Part shown: positions 8,525-16,998 of the stretch, one piece after another
Layout of the letters: each line of letters starts with the position of its first letter
Numbering within the stretch: position 1 is the stretch's first letter
Assembly: GCF_008000775.2 (NCBI RefSeq)
Contig: NZ_CP042905.2
Location: 2,880,001 to 2,912,000, forward strand
DNA length: 32,000 bases
Reading direction: 5' to 3'
From: Promethearchaeum syntrophicum
GTDB taxonomy: Archaea; Asgardarchaeota; Lokiarchaeia; Sigyniarchaeales; Promethearchaeaceae
Position numbers and translations under genes: made by a program
The notes under the pieces: model-generated
Database searches by the model: none
The model's input: the letters and a program-made list of their open reading frames with translations, nothing else
Told to the model about the DNA's origin: nothing

Positions 8525-9109
8525 ATTAATTTCAATAAATTGTTTAAATAAAAAAAGATTTAACATTTGATTTTCTCCTTTTCTAGGTAAAAATTGTAAA
8601 TTACTAACAAAATTCAAAAGATCGCTGTGGAATTTAACAATTGTAAAACTAATAATAAACTTAGTTTTTCTTGGATTACATGTACATCGCTTTTTCTTGA
8701 AATTTGGATGATTTAGGATTATGGAAAATTTCGATTATTCAAACTTAAAACCCAATTTTTTTATAACACTTGTGTAATAACCATTATTCTTTGCGGGATT
8801 TTCCGTTGTATCATTAATGTAACTAATCAAATCATTTTCATACTTACCATTATATACATATTCAAGAACTTCGGAAGATTTTAAGAATCTATTACTCATG
8901 ATATTCACAAACCTTTAGATTACTTTAGTGTAATCTTTAGTTGTATTACTATTTATTCAAATAACTATTTATTTATTTGCCTTAATGATTATTTCTTCAA
9001 ACAAATATGCACCCAATAATGTTTATTTTTATAGTTAATTGAGTTGAATAATAAAATTAGGTAATTTTTATTTTAGTAGGATTAGTTGTCTCTTCAATTT
9101 TATTTAAAA

Positions 9110-9626
9110 TCAAAGATACTGATGGTGATTTTTGTTCATTATTATGATATCAAGTAATTCATGACCTTCGGGTAGTAATTGGTTATTTTTGATCTTTAAT
9201 TCTCCTTTAATATCTGCTAAGACTACTACATCTTCAAATATACCAGTATATTTTTACTTGAATTCCAAGTAAAAACGTAACCTAATATTTTAAAATTTTT
9301 TCCAAGAAGATATTTGCAGAATAAACTTTCTGAAACTGGAATCTGCCATTCAATATATTCTATTTCATATAAATTAGCATATTTCTTAAGAAGTAAATAA
9401 GATCCTGTAAGTATAGAAGAATCTGAACATTTTTATTTGATTTTTTCGATATTATTCACGGATTCGGTATGAAGTGCGGTTAAATAATTACTCGTTTTTG
9501 GATCTACTATGGAAATTGACACATATCCATATTTATCTCTAGATACAGAATTATTTTAAAATCTAAATTTCAAGGACGCAATTTGAGACTTACTATATTT
9601 GCATTAAGGTTCTTCTTTTGGTTCAT
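9110..9626 (-). pseudogene. Decayed gene remnant (in-frame stops plus a frameshift), family unknown
   Basis: The minus strand gives three protein-like pieces. The first is MNQKKNLNANIVSLKLRP, then a stop. The second is NNSVSRDKYGYVSISIVDPKTSNYLTALHTESVNNIEKIK-stop-KCSDSSILTGSYLLLKKYANLYEIEYIEWQIPVSESLFCKYLLGKNFKILGYVFTWNSSKNILVYLKM, then TAG TAG. The third, in a shifted frame, is GIFEDVVVLADIKGELKIKNNQLLPEGHELLDIIIMNKNHHQYL, then a stop. No intact ORF of 60 aa or more exists here. Confidence 0.35.
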
Positions 9627-9661
9627 GAATTTTTTATATTGTCAAAACTTTTTTAATTAAT

Positions 9662-10240
9662 ATGGGAAAATCTAAATACAGTGCGAAAGTTGAGAAAAAA
9701 ATACATTCAAGTGGTCCTAAGAAGAAGAATCGACATGTGTATTATGATGAGAAAATTGCTCAAAAAGGACCTGGAATGTCAAAAAATGTCTTTGTTTTCT
9801 TAATTGGAATGATAATCATCGGATCTGGCACAGGATTTTATTTTATCCTGGCAGGAAACAATATTGGTGATGTAGATGGCGATCCAACATCTACTACTAC
9901 TACTACTACTACTACTACTGCTACTACTTCTACTCCAACTACTGGAAATGTACTTGAAGCAGGTGATAGATTTGTTTGCAATTATAAATTGTGGAAAGCC
10001 GATGTAGCCGGTCCATCAGGATACATAGATACATCTGAACTTCCCATCGAAGATAGTACAAACACTGAACCATTAGATACTACTACTGATAGATTGATTC
10101 CAGGTTTTACGGCAAATATATTGGGAATGGAAGAAGGCGAAGAAATAACTTTTACTTTAGAATCAGGAGAAGGTTATACCAGCGGAGTTAATGCATATTA
10201 CCGGTTAACTTTTTGGGTTCAAATTATCAAAATTTATTAG
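9662..10240 (+). CDS. Membrane-anchored protein with a poly-Thr linker and an FKBP-like (PPIase-type) C-terminal domain
   Basis: The 192-aa ORF has a basic N-terminus and one TM helix (VFVFLIGMIIIGSGTGFYFILAG). A Thr-rich linker follows. The C-terminal domain has GDRFVCNYKLW and LIPGFTANILGMEEGEEITFTL, resembling the FKBP pattern GD.V.v.Y ... vIpG.e.al.GM..GE....ip. Confidence 0.6.
   Translation: MGKSKYSAKVEKKIHSSGPKKKNRHVYYDEKIAQKGPGMSKNVFVFLIGMIIIGSGTGFYFILAGNNIGDVDGDPTSTTTTTTTTTATTSTPTTGNVLEAGDRFVCNYKLWKADVAGPSGYIDTSELPIEDSTNTEPLDTTTDRLIPGFTANILGMEEGEEITFTLESGEGYTSGVNAYYRLTFWVQIIKIY
9893..9943 (+). repeat. In-frame trinucleotide repeat (ACT)9 followed by degenerate ACT/GCT/TCT/CCA units
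   Basis: I counted nine perfect ACT units at 9893-9919. They are followed by GCT ACT ACT TCT ACT CCA ACT ACT. Together they encode TTTTTTTTTATTSTPTT. Confidence 0.9.
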
Positions 10241-10538
10241 CTTATTTTTTCTAAAACACTCCAATTCAATGATATTATTATGTTTGCGATTTAGTTTTCA
10301 ATATAGAATAGTAAATTCTTGTTACCATTAATCTATACACAATCAGAACCGACTTTTATGCATTCCATGATAGGAAAATTTATTTTGGAAAATAAATTTA
10401 AATCCATTTATTTTTCAACCACTTTAATGATTTCTATCTCAATTTTACCCCAACTCCTTTTCTCCTGTGATTTTTTCTTCTAGAATCATTCAAACTTATA
10501 GAAAGAAATTATCTGAATTCATCGAAGTTTAAATAATC

Positions 10539-11261
10539 TTGTATCTGTTTATATCAGATATGACAAGTCCGCAATTCATCAAAGATATTAACAAACATTT
10601 CTTAATCCGTTCATTGCACAATCGCGCCAAAATACATTCCAAATTACTAAGGATGAATTTGAATGAACAAATTCTTATCAATATTAACTTTCTTACTGTT
10701 CCATTTTTCAAATTTGATGCCTACAGGGAACATTACGAATTCATTGAGAAAAAAAATCCCTACCATCCCATTCCCTATTCCTTTAATGACTTTGCCCTTG
10801 CCTACATTGCCGCTGAGAATGGATTCGGTTTAGTTTCTTACGATCACCACCTCCTCACACAGATTACTGCTTATCTCGATTATGATTGTTATTGGCCTCA
10901 AGATATCGATAAAATACCCTCGGATTCGATGGTTCTATTAGATACAAATATATTTGTACATCTGATTGAAATGGAAAATTCCGAACAAAAAACCGAAATT
11001 ATGGCAATGTTTGAGAAAAACCAGTCAATAACGTTTATTCTTACTGATCATATCTTTGAGGAATTATGCTCAGTTTATGAGAAAAAATTCCAGAAACAAG
11101 ATAGCGAAGATGTACGTAAGAAATTTTTAGATGATTTCAATACCTTTGAGTCTACAAACAAATACAGAACTTTATTGAAGAAGATGAAAAAGAAGAGTCA
11201 AGGAAGGTCAGTAAATGTTTGTAGCAGGTATCGAAAATCATATAGATCTCTAAATTCATGA
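10539..11261 (+). CDS. PIN-like domain protein (apparently one divergent PIN plus a second, C-terminally incomplete PIN)
   Basis: The track ORF starts at TTG 10539, and the first ATG is at 10560. Residues ~80-110, FNDFALAYIAAENGFGLVSYDHHLL, look like the C-terminal PIN block (D.lia..A...g..lvT.D). Residues ~130-175, MVLLDTNIFVHLIE...FILTDHIFEEL, look like the N-terminal PIN block (lDTnv...E). Confidence 0.5.
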   Translation: MYLFISDMTSPQFIKDINKHFLIRSLHNRAKIHSKLLRMNLNEQILININFLTVPFFKFDAYREHYEFIEKKNPYHPIPYSFNDFALAYIAAENGFGLVSYDHHLLTQITAYLDYDCYWPQDIDKIPSDSMVLLDTNIFVHLIEMENSEQKTEIMAMFEKNQSITFILTDHIFEELCSVYEKKFQKQDSEDVRKKFLDDFNTFESTNKYRTLLKKMKKKSQGRSVNVCSRYRKSYRSLNS

Positions 11262-11643
11262 TTAAATATTGAAAAATACTTCGGAGTTTAAATAAGTTAT
11301 TGAGATGAATAAAGTAAGGAGGTTTGCAAATGAAAGGTCCTTATGAAAATTTTCCTCCAAATTGAGGATTAATCATGTTTTAAAATTCAGACTCGATAGA
11401 TACCTAATAAATGAGTCATTTTTTTTTTTGATTTTTTTATTTATTTCTCCTTTAGTGTGGAAAAAAAATTACCAATATTCTAAACTTTCCTACGTATTAT
11501 ATGATAAATATCCTCTCGCAAAAAGACTAAAAAAAGAATCTAATCTAGTTCAAGGGATTAGATCCAAAAAAACCATTTTAATTTTTTTTTTTGATAGTCA
11601 AGTAAATCTATAAATTTTAAACCAAGCATGCAAAAGGATAATT

Positions 11644-12789
11644 ATGGAACCATCTCCGATAATAAATCTTCCCATGCTCATCCTCCAATCAGAAACTAGC
11701 ATTTTTATAGGGTATATAGGTATTTTTACTTTATTGATAATTTTGGGACTTACTTGGTATCTTCTCTTCCATTCACATAGGAAAAAAATTCAATTGCAAA
11801 TTCCTAATTATCCATTTTTTCAATCAGCGGGTCGAGATTTTAAAAAAATAAATAGTGAGAGGGTAAGAGAATTAAACCAACAACATCTTGATGGATCTTC
11901 TCAATCAGATAAACGAGCCAGACCAATAAATAAGACTTTATTAGAAATGGAATTCCGTGAATTTGTTGATCGATCAATGTTTAGCTATCCCAATCCTCCT
12001 TCAAAGTTTATTTCGGAGATAATTCCATCTGAAATAACATTTGTACCATATCAATTTTATCGATTTAATCTTTGGCAACAGTTTTCCAATAGGACACGGT
12101 CATGGGTATGGGATATGAACTATCCCGATCATTTGTTGGTTAACCATCCCATCCAAAAATGGCAGATAGCTGAAAATCGCCAACGTAGCGAATCTATTGA
12201 TTTAGATAAATTAACTAAAGATATTGAAAAAGAAGGATATAAGTATTCAATTGGTCCTGCTCCACAAATTAAAAAGCTATCGGAGGTGAAAGAAATCATC
12301 CAACTGATCTCAGCGACTAAAAAATCATATAAAGATCAAAATAATCAACGTATTAACAAGATGTGCACTGCTGATGAATCCAACATTAATATTCAGGCCT
12401 CAACCATATTTTGGGGTTCATGGATTAATATGAAAACGAAAATTGGAGAAAAAATATATATTCAATTGCAGTTACATGAAGGGAAAGTATCCAAGGTATT
12501 AAATCATAATAATATTGAAGGGTTACTGGATAAAACTACACTAATTTGTCAAGAGTGTCAAAAAATATGTCTCCCCGCTAAGTATTTTCGAAATCTTGAT
12601 TATTGTTGGGCATGTGGAAAAATATTATGTTCTAATTGTGGTCATTCAGAAGTAAAACTAGGATTATTAAAAACTCACTGGTGCTCTGAATGTTGGTCTC
12701 AAATTACCAATAATGAGAAAGAGAAGAAAAAAAATAAGGATGCAATTATAAAATTAAAGAATGTATTCAAGAAATGGCAAAAATGGTGA
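11644..12789 (+). CDS. Single-pass membrane protein with a C-terminal Cys8 cross-brace (FYVE-patterned) zinc finger
   Basis: The 381-aa ORF has a TM helix, IFIGYIGIFTLLIILGLTWYLLF. The finger at residues 302-351 is CQECQKICLPAKYFRNLDYCWACGKILCSNCGHSEVKLGLLKTHWCSECW. The tail is Lys-rich. Confidence 0.8.
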   Translation: MEPSPIINLPMLILQSETSIFIGYIGIFTLLIILGLTWYLLFHSHRKKIQLQIPNYPFFQSAGRDFKKINSERVRELNQQHLDGSSQSDKRARPINKTLLEMEFREFVDRSMFSYPNPPSKFISEIIPSEITFVPYQFYRFNLWQQFSNRTRSWVWDMNYPDHLLVNHPIQKWQIAENRQRSESIDLDKLTKDIEKEGYKYSIGPAPQIKKLSEVKEIIQLISATKKSYKDQNNQRINKMCTADESNINIQASTIFWGSWINMKTKIGEKIYIQLQLHEGKVSKVLNHNNIEGLLDKTTLICQECQKICLPAKYFRNLDYCWACGKILCSNCGHSEVKLGLLKTHWCSECWSQITNNEKEKKKNKDAIIKLKNVFKKWQKW

Positions 12790-13141
12790 TATTAACATGA
12801 GGGGTTTTGTTTCATTTTTTTCATTCATCGTAAATTATTAGGAAAAAATCCCGTGAATAAGATTTTCAAGTGTAATATTTAGAAATTTGCATAGTTTTTC
12901 CCTGATTAAATTTATATTATTTTTTAAAAAATGGTTGATTAATTATTTTTTATACACACATATTAAACACATTTTTATCTGATCATTTCGAAATATTTTT
13001 TAACAACTCCCTTTCATCTACGAAAATCATCTTGGATTAAGTAACTACATGCTAATAATTGGCCCAAACATTTTTAATATATACACACTAATTATACATA
13101 TTAACACATAAAAAAAATTTTATATTGTGGTGGATTAAAAA

Positions 13142-14452
13142 ATGTTTACTAAAGCAAAAAAAACTTATAAGGAATTCCCTGACACGTTTTGGGTTATTAC
13201 TCTCGGCTCATTTATTGATCAAATAGGTGGTTTTATGTTAATGCCATTTATCTCATTTTACATGACAAGCACTTTTGGTATCGGAATGATTGAAGCGGGT
13301 ATTGTTTTTTTGATTGTAGGCCTTGGAAGCTTAGTTGGAGGGATCATTGGAGGGGCTTTAACTGATAAATTCGGCAGAAAAAGCATGGCTTTATATGGTT
13401 TATTAATGAGCGGATTATTTTCATTAATTTTGATATTCATTAATAATTTAACTACTCTTTATATTGTAGTGGGATTAATGGGTTTAGTGGGGTCCTTGGG
13501 CGGTCCAGCACGAGGAGCAATGATTGCTGATGTGCTTCCTCCAGAACAAAGGGCTGAAGGTTATGGCATTTTACGGGTTGCAATAAATCTATCTGCAACT
13601 ATAGGCCCCGCTCTTGGGGGATTTTTACTTGGGCAAGGATTTATGTGGATTTTTATTGGAGATGCTGTCACAAGTGCGATCACTGCAGTAATATTCTACA
13701 TCAAAGTTCCAGAAACAAAACCTATAAAAAAAATTGAAGACACTGATATCCCAGCTAAACCAGAAACAGTTGGGCAATCTATGGGAGGATATAAAGATGT
13801 CTTTAAAGATTGGAAGTTCATGTTTTTCATTGGGATCAGTATGATAATGACTCTGGTGTATATGAATATGAACTTTACTTTACCGGTATTCTTAATTGAT
13901 GATTTATCATTTTCTCCTCAAATTTATGGATGGTTAATCTCTATGAATGCATTCATGGTTGTAGTTCTTCAATTTTATATTACGCGAAAGGTGAAAAAAT
14001 TCCCTGCTTTAATCGTGATCGCAATCGGTAACTTGCTATATGGGATTGGATTTGCAATGTATGGATTCATTTCCTCTCTTGCTTTTGTATTTATTGCTAT
14101 GATAATTATTACCATTGGAGAAATGATTATCGCTCCATTTTCAGAAGCGATTGCTGCAACTTTTGCACCCGAGGATAAACGAGGGAGATATTTGGCAGTG
14201 TATGGGTGGTCTGGATTATTCCCAATGATGCTTGGAAACATTGCTTTTGGAGCGGTCATGGATAAATTAGACTCAATTTGGGTATGGTATATATGTGGTA
14301 TTCTCTCAATTTTTGCAGTTGGAGGATATTTATTACTAAATAAGCTAGCCAAAGGTCGATTCAACGAAGGCTCTAGTACTGATGTGGAAGAGGTTGATGA
14401 AACTGAGGTTTTAAGTGAAAGTGGTTCTCAAATTCTGAAAAAAGCAATTTAG
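13142..14452 (+). CDS. MFS transporter
   Basis: The 436-aa ORF has a hydrophobic profile of about 12 TM segments. It carries the MFS motif GALTDKFGRKS after TM2 and a second-half motif, PEDKRGRY. The C-terminal tail is acidic. Confidence 0.9.
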   Translation: MFTKAKKTYKEFPDTFWVITLGSFIDQIGGFMLMPFISFYMTSTFGIGMIEAGIVFLIVGLGSLVGGIIGGALTDKFGRKSMALYGLLMSGLFSLILIFINNLTTLYIVVGLMGLVGSLGGPARGAMIADVLPPEQRAEGYGILRVAINLSATIGPALGGFLLGQGFMWIFIGDAVTSAITAVIFYIKVPETKPIKKIEDTDIPAKPETVGQSMGGYKDVFKDWKFMFFIGISMIMTLVYMNMNFTLPVFLIDDLSFSPQIYGWLISMNAFMVVVLQFYITRKVKKFPALIVIAIGNLLYGIGFAMYGFISSLAFVFIAMIIITIGEMIIAPFSEAIAATFAPEDKRGRYLAVYGWSGLFPMMLGNIAFGAVMDKLDSIWVWYICGILSIFAVGGYLLLNKLAKGRFNEGSSTDVEEVDETEVLSESGSQILKKAI

Positions 14453-14501
14453 AACATTCTGTTAAAGCAGAAATGAGGATATAATTAACCATTGATAGCC
14501 C

Positions 14502-14508
14502 TTTTTTT
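14502..14508 (+). terminator. Oligo-T tract (T7, then T5) after the MFS gene
   Basis: The sequence gatagcccTTTTTTTcttatcTTTTTg lies about 50 nt after the stop at 14450-14452. Confidence 0.3.
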
Positions 14509-14615
14509 CTTATCTTTTTGCGGTTGATAACATAGACATCTTTTAAGATTGTTCACACATCAAATTTCATTTCTATACATAATTTTTAATTGTCGGTATT
14601 TATTTTGTGTATAAT

Positions 14616-15149
14616 ATGGGAATTTGGAAAGGAAAAAAAAAACAACAAAAAGGGATCGTAACTCAACGATGTCCTAAATGTTTGAAAGCAAATTTAAGAT
14701 ATGCTTCTGGTATTAGTGGATTATATTCTCCGGCTAAGATTGTGTGCCCTGATTGTGGGTATAAAGGATCCATTTATGTTGATGTAACCGCTGAAGATGA
14801 AAAAGAAGACCTTCAATTAGAAATGTTACGAAAAGAATTCCCAGATTTAGTTGAAGAACAGAAATCTGCTTATGAATTAGCGAAAATCACATTGAAAGAT
14901 AAATGGCATCCGAATCAAGAAACCAATCATAATATTTTAAGAGCCTGGTGCCCTTTTTGTGCCGATGTTAATGTGGTATGTTCAATATGTAAATGTCCGC
15001 CTGAAATATGTTCAAAACATGCAACGGAAGGATTAATTGGTCAATTAAATGACATGTACGATGATGAAATCGAGTTATGCGATGTAGATCCTACTATTTA
15101 CAAGCAAATTATCCAACTATTCCAAAATATCATTAAGGAAAAGTCTTGA
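14616..15149 (+). CDS. Cys-rich zinc-ribbon protein
   Basis: The N-terminal ribbon is CPKC...x22...CPDCGYKG. The C-terminal cluster is WCPFCADVNVVCSICKCPPEICSKH. The track starts at GTG 14607, and I prefer ATG 14616 (MGIWKGKKK). Confidence 0.7.
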   Translation: MGIWKGKKKQQKGIVTQRCPKCLKANLRYASGISGLYSPAKIVCPDCGYKGSIYVDVTAEDEKEDLQLEMLRKEFPDLVEEQKSAYELAKITLKDKWHPNQETNHNILRAWCPFCADVNVVCSICKCPPEICSKHATEGLIGQLNDMYDDEIELCDVDPTIYKQIIQLFQNIIKEKS

Positions 15150-15237
15150 AAAATTGTTAGATTTCTGTGGTCAATTTCAATAATTATTATGAGAGGACCC
15201 CATTTCATTTTTATTTGTAATTAATTTAAGAGGGAAT

Positions 15238-15861
15238 ATGAAGAAAAATTCCTTAGAACTTCCAATAATTGAAGAATTATATCAAATAACTCCCGAGGAT
15301 TTCACTCCTGCTAGGATCATGTTAGGAAATGCATTCCGAAAAGACCCAATTTGGAGTGAAATTATGAAAAACCGTGAAGATAAATTCCCTATAATTTTTG
15401 GTGTTCCTCTAAAATATACTTTAAAATATGGAAAAATATATGCCCCTACATCTGATATTGAGGCGACTGCGTTATGGTTGGGCACTCCTTTTGTCGATAT
15501 GAATATATGGCGAGTAATTCGGAGTGGTTCAATAACAATGTCAATGAAATTAGGATCAAAAATTGCTAAACTAATGATGAAAATCTTTGATCAAATCGCA
15601 AAAGATAGAAAGAATTTCATGAAAGGAGAATATGTATATTTAATTGCATTAGGAGTTTCCCCAGAAAAACAAGGACAAGGATTCGGAAGTCATCTTGTCA
15701 GAACAATGCAAAATAATCTACCACCTAAAGTCCCTATTTACTTAGAAACAGAATCTGAACGAAATGTGAGATTTTATGAACAATTAGGGTTTGAAGTAAT
15801 AAATAAATTACAGGTTCCCATTTTTGATCTGCCAATGTGGGAGATGATTTATCAACCTTAA
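15238..15861 (+). CDS. GNAT-family N-acetyltransferase
   Basis: The acetyl-CoA binding motif A is LIALGVSPEKQGQGFGSHLV. Downstream are YLETESERNVRFYEQLGFE. The purine-rich agaggga sequence lies upstream of the ATG. Confidence 0.85.
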   Translation: MKKNSLELPIIEELYQITPEDFTPARIMLGNAFRKDPIWSEIMKNREDKFPIIFGVPLKYTLKYGKIYAPTSDIEATALWLGTPFVDMNIWRVIRSGSITMSMKLGSKIAKLMMKIFDQIAKDRKNFMKGEYVYLIALGVSPEKQGQGFGSHLVRTMQNNLPPKVPIYLETESERNVRFYEQLGFEVINKLQVPIFDLPMWEMIYQP

Positions 15862-16011
15862 AAGAGTATAGAGAATTTACCCTACAGATCCTTTCTTATT
15901 GTTTTTTGAACCAAATTAATCAATCTCTGGTTAATATATTTCACCCGTGTATTACAAAATTTTCATAACTGAAACATTTAAGAATTAGTAATCAAAAATT
16001 ACAATGATTTT

Positions 16012-16911
16012 ATGAAAGTAATTTACAAAACTTATGAACCAAATAGCGGATTTGAAGAGTTTCAAGCCCAAATTTACAACGATCATCTTAGAAGAAACCC
16101 ACAAACCTCTTTTACACCAGTTACAGCAGCCAAAATCAAGGAACGGTTTGCATTTGAAAAAAAAGGTCCAAAATTAATTCGATATGCATTTCGAGAAGAT
16201 GGAACCCCGCTTGCGTATATTCAAGCATCCATTGACGGGAAAACAACCTGGATTGGATATCCCTGGGCTTTTGAAGATTGCCCAAAAGAAACCCAAGAAA
16301 GATTATATCAAGAATTATTCGATTATGCAACAGAGAAATATCCCGAAAACAAAATAGTAATTGGGTATTTTTCTAAATCATGGGATGAACAGATACAATT
16401 TGTGTTAGATAAAGGATATATCCTAAAAGATACCGCATATTTTTACACATTAGATCCCGATAACGTTAAATTAAAGATTCCTGAAGGGTATTCATCCAAG
16501 ATAGGAACAATCGATGATCTAAAGGCTGTTTTAGAGCTAAGTAAAGCAGACTCTGATCTACGAAATGCTTTTCCTTCAGATGAAGCTCGCGAACACTATT
16601 TCAAAAATCGCGTTTTAGCGGATGGAAACTTAATTTTAGTCTACAAAGATAATATTTTGGTCGCAGCTACTGCACCCTTACGAGGGTTTTATGTAGGATA
16701 TATGTTCCGATTTACCGCAATACGACCGGGATTTGAAGAAGCATGGAAAATATTGGCCGTCAAAATTGCAAAACATTGCAAGGAAATTGGTTGGACCGAA
16801 AAAATTATGATTACTTCCTTTGAAAAATGGGATATTATTAAACCCCAGATTAAAAAATTGAAAGCAGAATTAATTGATACCCAAGTACAATATAAATTAG
16901 AGAAAACTTAA
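16012..16911 (+). CDS. Hypothetical protein, possibly a tandem degenerate GNAT-like fold
   Basis: The 299-aa ORF has clean coding character and no competing ORF. I found no diagnostic motif. The GNAT-like suggestion rests only on size, the neighbouring gene and beta-alpha patterning. Confidence 0.6.
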   Translation: MKVIYKTYEPNSGFEEFQAQIYNDHLRRNPQTSFTPVTAAKIKERFAFEKKGPKLIRYAFREDGTPLAYIQASIDGKTTWIGYPWAFEDCPKETQERLYQELFDYATEKYPENKIVIGYFSKSWDEQIQFVLDKGYILKDTAYFYTLDPDNVKLKIPEGYSSKIGTIDDLKAVLELSKADSDLRNAFPSDEAREHYFKNRVLADGNLILVYKDNILVAATAPLRGFYVGYMFRFTAIRPGFEEAWKILAVKIAKHCKEIGWTEKIMITSFEKWDIIKPQIKKLKAELIDTQVQYKLEKT

Positions 16912-16998
16912 GATTTTCAAATTATCCCATTGTTGTTATATATATGGTTTTTTTGAAATGTTTTTTAGATGAAAAAACAGAATAATGAACTAGAATTT

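Noticed and set aside
8063-8617. The plus-strand 64-aa ORF, the minus-strand 63-aa alternative-frame ORF, and the 31-codon N-terminal extension (8525-8617) of the CGGC protein.
   Set aside because: The first two are shadow or alternative-frame ORFs. The extension (MNFVSNLQFLPRKGENQMLNLFLFKQFIEIN) has no domain content, and the CGGC domain begins right at the internal Met at 8524.
8917-8940. The small hairpin agattac-tttagt-gtaatct upstream of the 54-codon ORF.
   Set aside because: It has only a 7-bp stem in AT-rich DNA, which is within chance expectation.
9251-9275. A perfect 10-bp inverted repeat, tttttacttg-aattc-caagtaaaaa.
   Set aside because: My rough estimate is that about one such 10-bp AT-rich hairpin is expected by chance in 32 kb at this composition. 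It lies inside a decayed gene, and I have no evidence that it is a terminator or a transposon end.
11362-11613. The 83-aa TTG-initiated ORF in the spacer before gene 11644.
   Set aside because: It has a non-ATG start, and its translation is dominated by homopolymer runs (T11 tracts giving FFFLIFLF and ILIFFF). It shows no motif. The region is more likely terminator/promoter spacer.
13258-14364. The minus-strand ORFs of 60 aa and 129 aa within the MFS transporter gene.
   Set aside because: They are antisense to a 436-aa CDS with an MFS signature. Antisense translation of a hydrophobic gene commonly stays open.
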